The notes under the pieces were generated by a model, which did no database searches, was not told where the DNA came from, and saw nothing but the letters and a program-made list of their open reading frames with translations. Below, in pieces: positions 12,268-23,865 of a stretch of DNA of 64,000 nucleotides (its first letter is position 1; each line of letters begins with the position of its first letter). Position numbers and translations under genes: made by a program. Origin of the DNA: Phyllobates terribilis (lineage: Eukaryota); assembly GCF_046119375.1 (NCBI RefSeq), contig NW_027362762.1:254944001-255008000 (forward strand). Reading direction: 5' to 3'.

Positions 12268-13916
12268 CAGTTATATGAAAAAGTTTGGGCACCCCTATTA
12301 ATCTTAAGCTTAATGTTTTATAAAAATTGGTGTTTTTGCAACAGCTATTTCAGTTTGATATATGTAATAACTGTTGGACACAGTAATGTTTCTGCCTTGA
12401 AATGAGGTTTATTGTACTAACAGAAAATGTGCAATCTGCATTCAAACAAAATTTGACAGGTGCATAAGTATGGGCACCTCACCAGAAAAGTGACATTAAT
12501 ATTTAGTAGGTCCTCCTTTTGCAAAAATAACAGCCTCTAGTCGCTTCCTGTAGCTTTTAATGAGTTCCTGGATCCTGGATGAAGGTATTTTTGACCATTC
12601 CTCTTTACAAAACAATTCCTGTTCAGTTAAGTTTGATGGTCGCCGAGCATGGACAGCCCTCTTCAAATGATCCCACAGATGTTCAATGATATTCAGGTCT
12701 GGGGACTGGGATGGCCATTCCAGAACATTGTAATTGTTCCTCTGCATGAATGCCTGAGTAGATTTGGAGCGGTGTTTTGGATCATTGTCTTGCTGAAAGA
12801 TCCATCCCCTGCGTAACTTCAACTCTATCACTGATTCTTGAACATTATTGTCAAGAATCTGCTGATACTGAGTGGAATCATGCGTCCCTCAACTTTAACA
12901 AGATTCCCGGTGCCGGCATTGGCCCCACAGCCCCAAAGCATGAAGGAACCTCCACCAAATTTTACTGTGGGTAGCATGTGTTTTTCTTGGAATGCTGTGT
13001 TTTTTTGCCGCCATGCATAACGCCTTTTTGTATGACCAAACAACTCAATCTTGGTTTCATCAGTCCAGAGGACCTTCTTCCAAAAAGAAATTGGCTTCTC
13101 CAAATGTGCTTTGGCATACCTCAGCCGACTCTGTTTGTGGCGTGCTTGCAGAAAAGGCTTCTTTCGCATCACTCTCCCATACAGCTTCTCCTTGTGCAAA
13201 GTGCGTTGTATAGTTGACCGATGCACAGTGACACCATCTGCAGCAAGTTGATGCTGCAGCTCTCTGGAGGTGGTCTGAGGATTGTCCTTGACTGATCTCA
13301 CCATTCTTCTTCTCTACCTTTCTGATGTTTTTCTTGGCCTGCCACTTCTGGCCTTAACAAGAACTGTCCCTGTGTTCTTCCATTTCCTTACTATGTTCCT
13401 CACAGTGGAAACTGACAGGTTAAATCTCTGAGACAGCTTTTTGTATCCTTCCCCTGAACAACTATGTTGAATAATCTTTGTTTTCAGATCATTTGACAGT
13501 TGTTTTGAGGAGCCCATGATGCCACTCTTCAGAGGAGATTCAAACAGGAGAACAACTTGCAAGTGGCCACTTTAAGTAGCTTTTCTCATGATTGCATACA
13601 CCTGGCTATGAAGTTCAAAGCTCAATGAGGTTACAAAACCAAAAAAAGTGCTTTAGTACGTCAGTAAAAAGTAGGTAGGAGTATTTAAAACAAGAAAATG
13701 AGAAGGGTGCCCATACTTATGCACCTGTCAAATTTTGATTGAATGCAGATTGCACATTTTCTGTTAGTACAATAAACCTCATTTCAAGGCAGAAACATTA
13801 CTGTGTCCAACAGTTATTACATATATCAAACTGAAATAGCTGTTGCAAAAACACCAATTTTTATAAAACATTAAGCTTAAGATTAATAGGGGTGCCCAAA
13901 CTTTTTCATATGACTG
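12268..13916 (-). mobile_element. Full-length Tc1 element (DD34E, IR/DR type) nested in the hAT-B 5' arm
   Basis: TA flanks at 12266-67 and 13917-18; 211-bp TIRs (12268-12478, 13706-13916) with 2 mismatches by eye; inner and outer AAGT(T/A)TGGGCACC direct repeats. Confidence 0.97.
12496..13517 (-). pseudogene. Tc1 transposase, 340 aa if repaired (one TAG stop, one 1-bp deletion)
   Basis: MGSSKQLS...GRPRKTSER*RRRM; WTDETKIE; frameshift near EGRM(D)STQY; QQDNDPKH...SPDLNIIE with 34 residues between D and E. Confidence 0.95.
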
Positions 13917-14412
13917 TAGCAGACTGCAGTGCATATAGCACAAGAGGCTCCATTCCAGTTCTGCCTTCTGCTGCTGTTAGATATTTCTAGAAATAGGCCC
14001 AGGTCTCAGGGGCAAGGAATAATTTTTTGGGCTCTTAATCCTCATTATTTGTTAAAAAGCAATCCAGAGAACACTGTTTTTCTGCACCATTTGCTTGTTG
14101 GCACTGCAGAATACATCCAGGTCCTTTACATATTACAGCGCTAAAAATCCAGCCATTTAAAACTGTATTTTGTCTGTCACGCGGATCACATATAATTGCG
14201 CTGAAAATAGTGCCATTTTTGGTCTTCATTCAAATTCATTTGTGTCAGCAAAGTTTTTGACACCGATTTGCTATTCAAATTACTTACCTACAGGCCAGGT
14301 ATTTAAAACTGTGGTTTGTCCGTCACACGGATCACGTATACGTTTTCTGAAAATTCTGCCATTTCTGGCCTCCATTCTAATTTTTTTTCAGTGATATTGT
14401 TCTCCATTTAAA

Positions 14413-17400
14413 ATGGGCAAGGCGCGTGGCAAGGGTTGGGGAACTGGACGTGATGGTGATGGTGCATGCAGAGGCCGAGTCCGAGGCCGTGGGCAAGCTG
14501 AAATTGTGCCACAACAAACACCCACGTTTTCTCGCATGACCTTCCTGTCCCAATTCCTAGGGGAACGCTGCACACCACTATTGAACCTAGAGCAGTGTCA
14601 AAGGTTGTTGGTTGGATAGCGGATAATGCTTCCAGTCACTTTACCACCACCACCACCACCACCTTGTCTTCCACACAGTCAAGTCTCAGTAGCCATGAGT
14701 CTGGACTGTATATTTCTCACCCTGATCCTCCTTCCTCCAACCATGCCGAGTGCCCGGAGACAACTGATCCCACAATAGAACACTCCAAAGAGCTGTTCGC
14801 TTTTCCATTTATAGATTCGGGCCACTCGCCAAGTCCACTTGAAGCGGGGCAAGAGGAGATCGCATGTAGCGATGCACAAATATTTGAGCATATACGGTGA
14901 CACGAAGGCGACGGTGGGAAAGTGTCACAAGAGGTGCACGATGATGAGACACAATTGCCAGAAAGTCAGGAGGAGAACCAGGATGCGAAAGTGGAAGACG
15001 AGGTGGTGGATGATATAGTAACTAAACCAACCTGGCAGGAGGACATGCAGAGCGAGGACAGCAGCACACAGGGGGAGGGAGGCAGAGCACCCCAACAGGC
15101 AGGAAGAAGCAGTGAGGTGGCCGCATACAGAAGGCAGGCAACCATTCCCCGTAACATCAACACGAAGGAAGTTGCCAGAACAACTGTTAGGTCTTCCCCA
15201 GTCTGGTTGTTTTTTAAGGCCATTTGCACCACGTGCCAGGCCAGCATCAGCAGGGGTGGCAAAACAACCAGCCTGACCACCACCAGCATGATCAGGCACA
15301 TGGCAGCATAGAACCCAATTTTGTTGGCCGAATCTCAGGGTCAAGGAACAGTGTCTGCGAGTGGTACCACTGATTCTTCCGCTGTTGTGCATGCTAGTCA
15401 ATCCCCTGTCCATGGTGCATGCGAAGATGCCTCCTGCCTTGCACCTATCATTGCACACTCTCAAGTAGCAGCATCAGGAAGCATGTCCACGTCCTTGTAC
15501 CAGCGCAGCGTTCAGTTGTCCATACCCCAGTCCTTGGAACGCATGCGCAAATACGTAGCCAATGCCCCACAGGCCACACTACTAAATTCTCACATTTCCC
15601 GACTGCTTGCGCTTAAAATGTTGCCTTTTAGGCTCATGGAGACGGAAGCATTCCGCAACCTGATGGCGGCGGCCATCCCTCGGTACTCGGTCCCAAGCCG
15701 CCTCTATTTCTCCCCGTGTGCCGCCCCTGCATTACACAAGCACGTCTCCCAAAACATTAGCCGTGCCCTCAACATCGCAGTTACCAGGAAAGTCCACCTA
15801 ACTACGGACACGTGGACAAGTGTTTGTTGGCAGGGACGCTACATCTCGCTGACAGCACACTGGGTTAACATAGCGGAAGTCGGGACCCAGTCGGACCTTG
15901 GGACGGAACACGTCCTCCCGACTCCAAGGATTGCGAGCCCTAGGTCAATCAGGGTTGCCCCCACAGTCTACAGCTCTGGCAACTCATTCTCCTCAGCCTT
16001 CTCCTCCTTTTTAGCATCCATCTCCGAAATGACCACATCAGTCACAAGCTGGAAGCACTGCAGCACTGCCTCGGCCAAGCGGCACAGGTTGTGCTGAAGC
16101 TAATATGCTTAGGTGACAAACTGCACAATGCTGAAGAGTTGTGGACAGCTCTGAAAGAGCAGGCAGATCTGTGGCTCACACCGCTGAACCTACAGCCAGG
16201 CATGGTGGTGTGTGATAATGGCTGGAACCAGGTGGTGGCTTTGGGGCGAGGCGAGCTCACACACGTATCATGCCTGGCCCGTGTGCTTAACCTCATGGTT
16301 CAGCGGTTTCTCAAATCCTACCCGGAGCTGCCAGATCTGCTCCTTAAAGTATGCCACCTGTGTGTCCATTTTAGCAAGTCACCTACAGCTTCCACCGCCC
16401 TTTCCATGTTTCAGCAGCGTTTGCAGCTTCCGGCTCACAGACTGGTGTGTGATGTCCCCACGCGTTGGAACTCTACACTGCAGATGTTGGGAAGGATTTG
16501 TCAGCAGAAGAGTCCAGTTGCTGACTGCCAGCATCAACAAGGCCGTTGGTATTCAGTTCAGACTCCACACATAAGACCTCAAGAGTGGACATAGATGTCA
16601 GACACATGAACTATCGTCCAAAACTTTGAGCACTCCACAAAGATGGTGAGCGGCGATGACGCCATAATCAGCTTCACCATCCCACTTCTCTGTATTCTGA
16701 AATGCTATCTGCTGAAAATCAAAAAGGTACATTGCAGGCGGAGAATGATGAGATGTAGCAAGGAACCATACAGGGTGATAACACACAGCCCAGCCTTATC
16801 TCATCCCAACGTGGATTGGGTGACAATGAGGAAGAGGAGGAGGAAGAACTAGAGCTAGTTTCATGCTCTATAGACGGTACTACCTGCACAGCTGTCATAC
16901 CGTCTATTCAGCGTGGATGGCCTGAGGACAGAGAGGAGGAGGAGGAGGAGGAGAGCATGGTCAGTCGTACTCTTGGTGAGGACACGGAAGTCTTGCCTGA
17001 TAGCAGTCTGGCACGCATGGCTGAGTTTATGTTACGCTGCCTTTCCCGTGACCTTCGCGTTCTCAAAATTTTGGGTGACAGTCATTACTGGTTGTTGACA
17101 ATTCTAGACCAACGCTACAAGGAGAACTTTATATCTCTTATTCCTGGGGCGGACAGGTCTACAAAAATGGGGCAGTACCTGAAGGCCCTTGTTGCGGAAC
17201 TATTAAAAAAACTCCCAACTGAAAACGCTGGCAGCAGAGGTCACAGTTCATTGGACAACCAAGGAGTACAGGTGAGAGAGACACAACTTCAATGCAGCAG
17301 AGGCAGGGGAACACTGTCAAAGTTCTGGGAGAATTTTCTCAGCCCCTCCCATCCCACAGGAAATGAGGCGCGGTGTACTCTCACAAGGAGTGCACAGTTT

Positions 17401-17700
17401 GGGAAGATGCTGAGGGAGTACCTTGCCGACTGTACTAATGTCCTCCGTGATTCCTTTGTGACTTATAATTATTGGGTATTCAAGCTGGATACGTGGAATA
17501 ACTGGCTCTCTGTGCCTTGGAGGTCCTGGCCTGCCCTGCCGCCAGCGTTATATCAGAACGGGTTTTTAGTGCCGCTGGTGGAATTAGAACTGATAAGTGC
17601 ATCCTCCTGTCAACTGAAAATGCTGACAGGCTGACTCATATAAAAACGAACAAGGGCTGTTTAGGGCCAGACTTCTCAACACCACCGAATGATAGTAGAG
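14413..17700 (+). pseudogene. hAT transposase pseudogene of element B
   Basis: MGKARGKG RG-rich start; BED remnant AICTTC..MIRHMAA; KVHLTTDTW; VCDNG; CLARVLNL; CDVPTRWNSTL; CPAASVISERVFSAAGG; many stops and frameshifts. Confidence 0.92.
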
Positions 17701-19906
17701 CAACATAAACTCAAATCCAGTGTCTTTTATTTTGAGGTGTATTCCCATGCACCTCTTCACACCCACACATGGGTATATGCTTCCTGATTTTGTCTGTTTG
17801 CTCTTGTCCTCCTCCTTCTCCTCATCCTCCACCACCATATCACAAGGGTGACCGAGGTCCGTGATACAACACACACATAATTTTTTTAAATGGTGTTTAT
17901 GATGCCCGTGAAAAATTTTTTTTATACAGTATGTTCATGTATACCCCCCAGGTCACCCCATACACTTAGTGCTTGAGCATTACAAGTATAGGAGACCCGC
18001 TCCTTTCTAATTGGAACATTTTTTTTCATGAGGCCCTCCTCCACGTCTCTTCTAAGGGGCATTGGAGTGCCTCCCAATTTTTGGCAACCCTTGCATTCAC
18101 TGCATAGGCAAACAGAATGGAAGACCCACTTCCTAATAATGGAAACATTGTTTTCAGGAGGCCCTCTGACCTCCACATCACTTCCAAGGGGCATTGTATA
18201 GGAGACCCACTATTTAGTAATGGGAACAATAAAACATAGCCGTCTGATGGCTCTCTAAGAATAGTGAGGGCCAACTGCTGGCCCTTTAAGAATAGTAAAG
18301 GCCGCCTGATGGCTCTATAAAAATAGGCTTTGTGACTTTCACAGTCCCTCCTTCATAAATGAAACGCGATGTGTCTGATTATATCTCACACACCATGTGG
18401 CCAGATAAGGTTGTAAAATGTTAAATGACATTTCCTGGTGAATGCATTTGTCACGGTTGAAAGCAATGCAAAAGTGAAAAAATGCATCAAAACGCTAAGT
18501 GTGAACATAGCCCAAGGTGTGGAGGAGTATTTTTGTTTTTTGGTTGTTTATTTTACTTTATATACAAGTCATTACCCTGGAAAGGATGTTCCTTAAAATA
18601 TTTCCCAGGAAAGTCCGCAAAAGTGGCTTAATACCTCTGACAACGTTGTTGACAGAAGAGACCTGGAAGTCAGAAATGCTTACAGGGTACTTCCCCATGC
18701 TGTTTCCATGTCATTTGAGCACTGTTCCCATCGATTTGGGCAATTTTTAGGCCCTCTTCAGACCTCCTTGGGAAGAAAAATGCTTGAGTTTCCCATAGAC
18801 TTACATTGGGCTCGTTGCTCTGGTCGAGCACCCGAGTATTCCAATGTGCTCGACCGAAGCATCGAGCAACCAAGCATTTTAGAGCTCGCCCATCACTAGT
18901 AATAGCAAATTTTCACCTATCCCAAGGATATGTGATAACTTTCTAACTTGGTACAAGCCCTTTGCTATGTATTTTTCTGCAAAAAAATGCTCTCTTGGCA
19001 GTAAAAACGCTGTGAGCAATGCTAATTTTTCTATGCTTTCGCAGCATTTTTCGCAGCATTTTTATTGTGTTTATTGCAGCGTTTTTTAGATGCGGATTAC
19101 ATGTGTGCATATACATTGAATGTTTAACCCCTTCACGACATGCGGCATACATGTACGTTCCATTTTGTGTCTCCCCTTTGATGCGCGCTCCGGCACTGAA
19201 TCCTTTCCTGACTCATGCCAGCTGATCTGATCAGCTATTATATGCCCCTATCTGCCTCGGGTGGAATCGCCATCCACGCGCGGCTACTACTAACATGTTA
19301 AATGCCGCTGTCAATCTCCGATAGTGGCATTTAACATGGCCGCGTCAGAGGCTCGTCACAGACCATGCCCATCGGCACGCCTGTCACATGATCGAGTGCT
19401 GCCGATGGGTTGTCATGACAACTCGAGGTTTGCAGGAGACCCCTACGATAGTCATAGCCGATAAGCAGGTAATCACTATTTCAGATAACCAGCCCCGCTG
19501 GCAATAAATTTGCACCTAAATTCTATTCTTCTTTCTCTCCAGCCAGGGGATGACCGCAACCTAGGTTACCCATACACATCGAAAACAACTATGGACCTAC
19601 ATCAATTACTACTAAAAGCTACGATCACTACTTCCTCAGTTTTTTTCTCTATTTACTATTACAATTATTTTTACGTAATTTTTACCTCCTCCACTTATAT
19701 GTTTTAACTCTGCTAATAAAATCATGTGTGTTTTTAGAATTTTGTGCTCTTCCATTAGTTTATTTTATTCATTTTATTTTTTATTCCTACATATCCAGCA
19801 CATTGTACATCCTAAATATCCCCTTATTACACTTTGACAACCCGTGGTACTTGACTTACTTGTGGCAGGTACGAATATGTAGACCTACTAGTGCCACTAT
19901 TTTATA

Positions 19907-20929
19907 CTAGCTATTGAGCCCGTTCTATGCCTGGATGGCGGGCATTTTTATCGGTATATGCTGCCCCCATCCTGTTATGTGGTGCCCCCATCCTGGTATA
20001 CGCTGCCCCCATCCTGTTATGTGCAGCCCCCATACTGCGCCCCCGATCCTGTTATGTGCTGTCCCCATCCTGTTTTGTGCATCCCCATCCTGTTATGTGC
20101 GGCCCCCATCCAGTTATGTGCGGCCCCCATTCTGTTATGTGCAGCCCCTATACTGTTATGTGCAGCCATTATCCTGTTATATGCTGCCCCCATCCTGTTA
20201 TGTGCAGCCCCCATCATGTTATGTGCAGCCCCCATCCTGCATCCTCATCTTGTTATGTGCTACCCCATCCTGTTATGTGCTGCACCCATCCTGTGCCACC
20301 ATCCTGGTATGTGCAGCCAGCATCCTGTTATGTGCAGCCCCCATCCTGTTATGTGCAGCCCCCATCCTCTTTTGTGCTGCCCCCCATCCTTCGCCCCTTC
20401 CTTTTTTGTGCTGCCTCATCCTCTTTTCTGCTGCCCCCATCCTGCACCCTCATCCTATTATGTGCTACCCCATCCTGTTATATGCTGCCCCCATCCTGTT
20501 ATGTGCTATGTCCATCCTGCGCCCCATCCTGTTATGTGCTGCCCCCATCCTGTTTTATGCTTCCCCCATCCTCTTTTGTGCTGCCCCCATCCTGTTCCCC
20601 CATCCAGAGGCCAGGGGAGTAGTGTGGCACCGGAGTACATGCATGCCCACACTGCAAATGTGTCTTCACTAAAATGCCGCCGGATAGTGTGCTATGATCA
20701 TGCGCTGATTCCAGCACCGCATTCCTCCCCCAGCCTCCGGCCTGAACAGAGGCGTTGCGGCAACACTCCTCCCAGTTAGGTATGTACTTACGGTTCCGGA
20801 GATCGTGGTATGTGTTCAGTGCCTACGCATACTGCAATCTGCGGCGCCAAATACTCCTCTTATCTGTGAAAGCTTGCTCAGTCTGTAGAGGCTTCGGACA
20901 GATGGACACATCCATGATTATATTATATA
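19907..20929 (-). mobile_element. Non-autonomous Helitron H2
   Basis: Minus-strand 3' end ...GGCATAGAACGGGCTCAATAGCTAG|T at 19907, homologous to the H1 end; core at 20605-20929 homologous to H1/H3; 5' TC degenerate. Confidence 0.8.
19965..20600 (-). repeat. 20-bp minisatellite inside H2
   Basis: Plus-strand unit CCCCATCCTGTTATGTGCAG/CTG. Confidence 0.95.
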
Positions 20930-20988
20930 TATCCCCCAATTCTGTTAATATCCCCCATCCTGGTATATATGCCCCCCCCTTCCTATTA

Positions 20989-22557
20989 CACTGTGTTCCA
21001 AATTATTATGCAAATAATATTTTCTCAGATTTTCCCAAATTACCTATATGAATTGCAGTCATTGTAATTTTCCAGTCAAATAACTATTAGAGTACAATTG
21101 AAAGGTTTTTGTACAAACTGCCTATGATAACAGTATATTTTTAAAAAAATAAAAATCTCAAACTGCACTCAAAATGCATGTTCTAAATTATTATGCACAG
21201 CAGTTTTCAACCTTTTCATTTTAATAAAGAACAAAAAAATGGTCATTTTTGAAATTATAAGCATTAGCAGGTTATTACAAACTTAAATCAAACAGTTTTC
21301 AACTCAAAACTTTATTCTAGGTGATGTTACATTTGCACATAGGACCACTTGTTCAAAAGGAGCTTCTGAACTTCCGCGTCCATTGAATTTGTCAGGTTTT
21401 GGATGGTTTCTGCTTCCAATTGTTTTGCATGAGGACACAATACCCTCCCAGAGCTGTTGCTTAGATGTGAACTGCCTCCCGCCATCATAGACACTCCTTT
21501 TGATGATGCTCCAGAGGTTCTCAATGGGGTTGAGGTCAGGGGAGCATGGGTGTCACACCATAAGTTTGTCCTCTTTTATGACCATATCAGCCAGAGATGC
21601 AGATGTGTTATGTGCAGCATGAGACGGGGCATTATCATGCATGAAATGATCTCGATGGTCCAGATGGATGGAGTGGAGGATGGCTGGTTGATGGACACCC
21701 AATGCAAACACGGCTACGGCGCTAACAAAGGGGAGGTGGAGTAATGTTTTTGGCTGGAATCATGGGGAGAGAGATTGTCGGCCCTTTTAGGATCCCTGAA
21801 GGGGTAAAGATGAACTCCATAATGTATCTTGAGTTTCTCAAACAGCACTTCCTTCCATGGTTCAAGAAGAAGAACTGTGCATTCCGTAGCAAGATCATTT
21901 TCATGCATGATAATGCCCAGTCTCATGCTGCAAATAACACATCTGCATCTCTGGCTGCTATGGGCATAAAAGGGGACAAACTTATGGTGTGGCACCCATG
22001 CTCCCCTGACCTCAACCCCATTGAGAACCTCTGGAGCATCATCAAAAGGAGTGTCTATGATGGCGGGAGGCAGTTCACATCTAAGCAACAGCTCAGGGAG
22101 GGTATTCTGTCCTCGTGCACAACAATTGAAGCAGAAACCAACCAAAACCTGACAAATTCAATGGACGAGAGAGTTCAGAAGCTCATTTCGAACAAGCGGT
22201 CCTATGTGCAAATGTAACATCACCTAGAATAAAGTTTTGGGTTGAAAACTGTTTGATTTAAGTTTGTAATAACCTGCTAATGCTTATAATTTCAAAAATT
22301 ACCATTTTTTTGTTCTTTATTAAAATGAAAAGGTTGAAAACTCTGCTGTGCATAATAATTTGGAACATGCATTTTGAGTGCAGTTTGAGTCTTTTATTTT
22401 TTTAAAAATATACTGTTATCATAGGCAGTTTGTACAAAAACCTTTCAATTGTACTCTAATAGTTATTTGACTGGAAAATTACAATGACTGCAATTCATAT
22501 AGGTAATTTGGGAAAATCTGAGAAAATATTATTTGCATAATAATTTGGAACACAGTG
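20989..22557. mobile_element. Fold-back DD37E (TRT-like) Tc1/mariner derivative built from two 3' ends
   Basis: TA|CACTGTGTTCCAAATTATTATGCAAA...|TA; 20989-21652 is the inverse of 21892-22557, including C-terminal coding sequence; ORF 21744-22217 HDNAQSH...SPDLNPIE has 37 residues between D and E. Confidence 0.9.
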
Positions 22558-22559
22558 TA

Positions 22560-23865
22560 TACGTGACCCCCATCCCCATCCTGGTATGTATGGCACCACT
22601 CCATCCTAGTATGCATGGCACCCCTCCATCCTGGTATACATGGCACCCATTCATCCTGGTATACATGACACCCCTGATCCCATCTTGGTATGCATGGCAC
22701 CCCTCCATCCTGATAGGCATGGCACCCCTCATCCTGGTGTGCATGGCACCCCTGATCCCCATCCTAGCATGCATGGCACCCCTCCATCCTGATAGGCATG
22801 GCACCCCTCATCCTGGTGTGCATGGCACCCCTGATCCCCATCCTAGCATGCATGGCACCCATCCATTCTGGTATTCAAGGCACCTCTCATCCTGGCATGC
22901 ATGGCATCCCTCATCTCCATTCTTATATGCATGGCACCCCTCCATCCTGGTATGCATGGCACCCCATCCATCCTGGTATGCATGCCATCCCTCCATCCTG
23001 GTATGCATGGCACCCATCCATCCTGGTATGCATGGCACCCCTCTATCCTGGTATGCATGGCACTGCTCTATCCTGGTATGCATGGTGCTCCTCTATCCTG
23101 GCATGCATGGCACCCCTCATCTCCATCCTGGTATGCATGGCACCCCTCCATCTTAGTATGCATGGCATACTTCATCCTGGTATGCATGGCACCCCTCCAT
23201 CCTGGTATGCATGGTACCCCTGATCTCCATCCTTGTATGAATGGTACCCCTGATCTCCATCTTGGTAAGTATGGCACCCCTCATCCTGGTATCCATGGCA
23301 CCCCTGATCCCCAACCCTGGTATGCATGGCACCCCTGATCTCCATCCTGGTATGCAAGGTGCCCCTCATCCCGGTATGGATGGCACCCCTCATCCTGGTA
23401 TGCATAGCACCCTCATCCTTATCCGGGTATACAAGGCTCCCCTCGTCCTTATCCTTGTATGCATGCCACTCCTCATCCTTATCCGGGTATGCATGGTACC
23501 CCTCTTCCTGGTATGCATGGCACCCCTCATCCCTATCTTGGTATGCATGACACTCCTCATCCCTATCCTGGTATGCATGGCACCCCTCACCTTATCCTGG
23601 TATGCATGGCACCCCTCATCCCTATCCTGGTATGCAATGCCTCCCTCATCCTTATACTGGTATGCATGGCACCCCTCATTCCTATTCTGGTATGCATGAC
23701 ACCCTTCATCCATATCCTGCTATGCATGGCACCCCTCATTCCTATCCTGGCATGCATGGCACCCCTCATCCCTATCCTGGTATGCATAGCACCCCTCATA
23801 CCTATCCTGGCATGCATGGCAAACCTTCATCCTTATATGCATGGCACCCCTCATCCCCATCACAC
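22560..23865 (-). repeat. 24-30-bp minisatellite of H3
   Basis: Plus-strand unit (CCCCAT)CCTGGTATGCATGGCACCCCTCAT, the inverse of the H1 unit. Confidence 0.95.

Larger units (their letters stand above)
11833..18898 (+). mobile_element. Complete hAT element B with 8-bp TSD
   Basis: Left TIR TAGTGATGATCGAGC, right TIR (rc) TAGTGATGGGCGAGC; perfect TSD GTAATAGC at 11825-11832 and 18899-18906; CTCG/CGAG-rich subtermini. Confidence 0.93.

Noticed and set aside
18960-19110. Short GCAGCATTTTT / AAAAATGC inverted scraps (also ~24690-24990, 7520-7560, 8055-8095)
   Set aside because: Probably remnants of old MITEs, too decayed to define ends.
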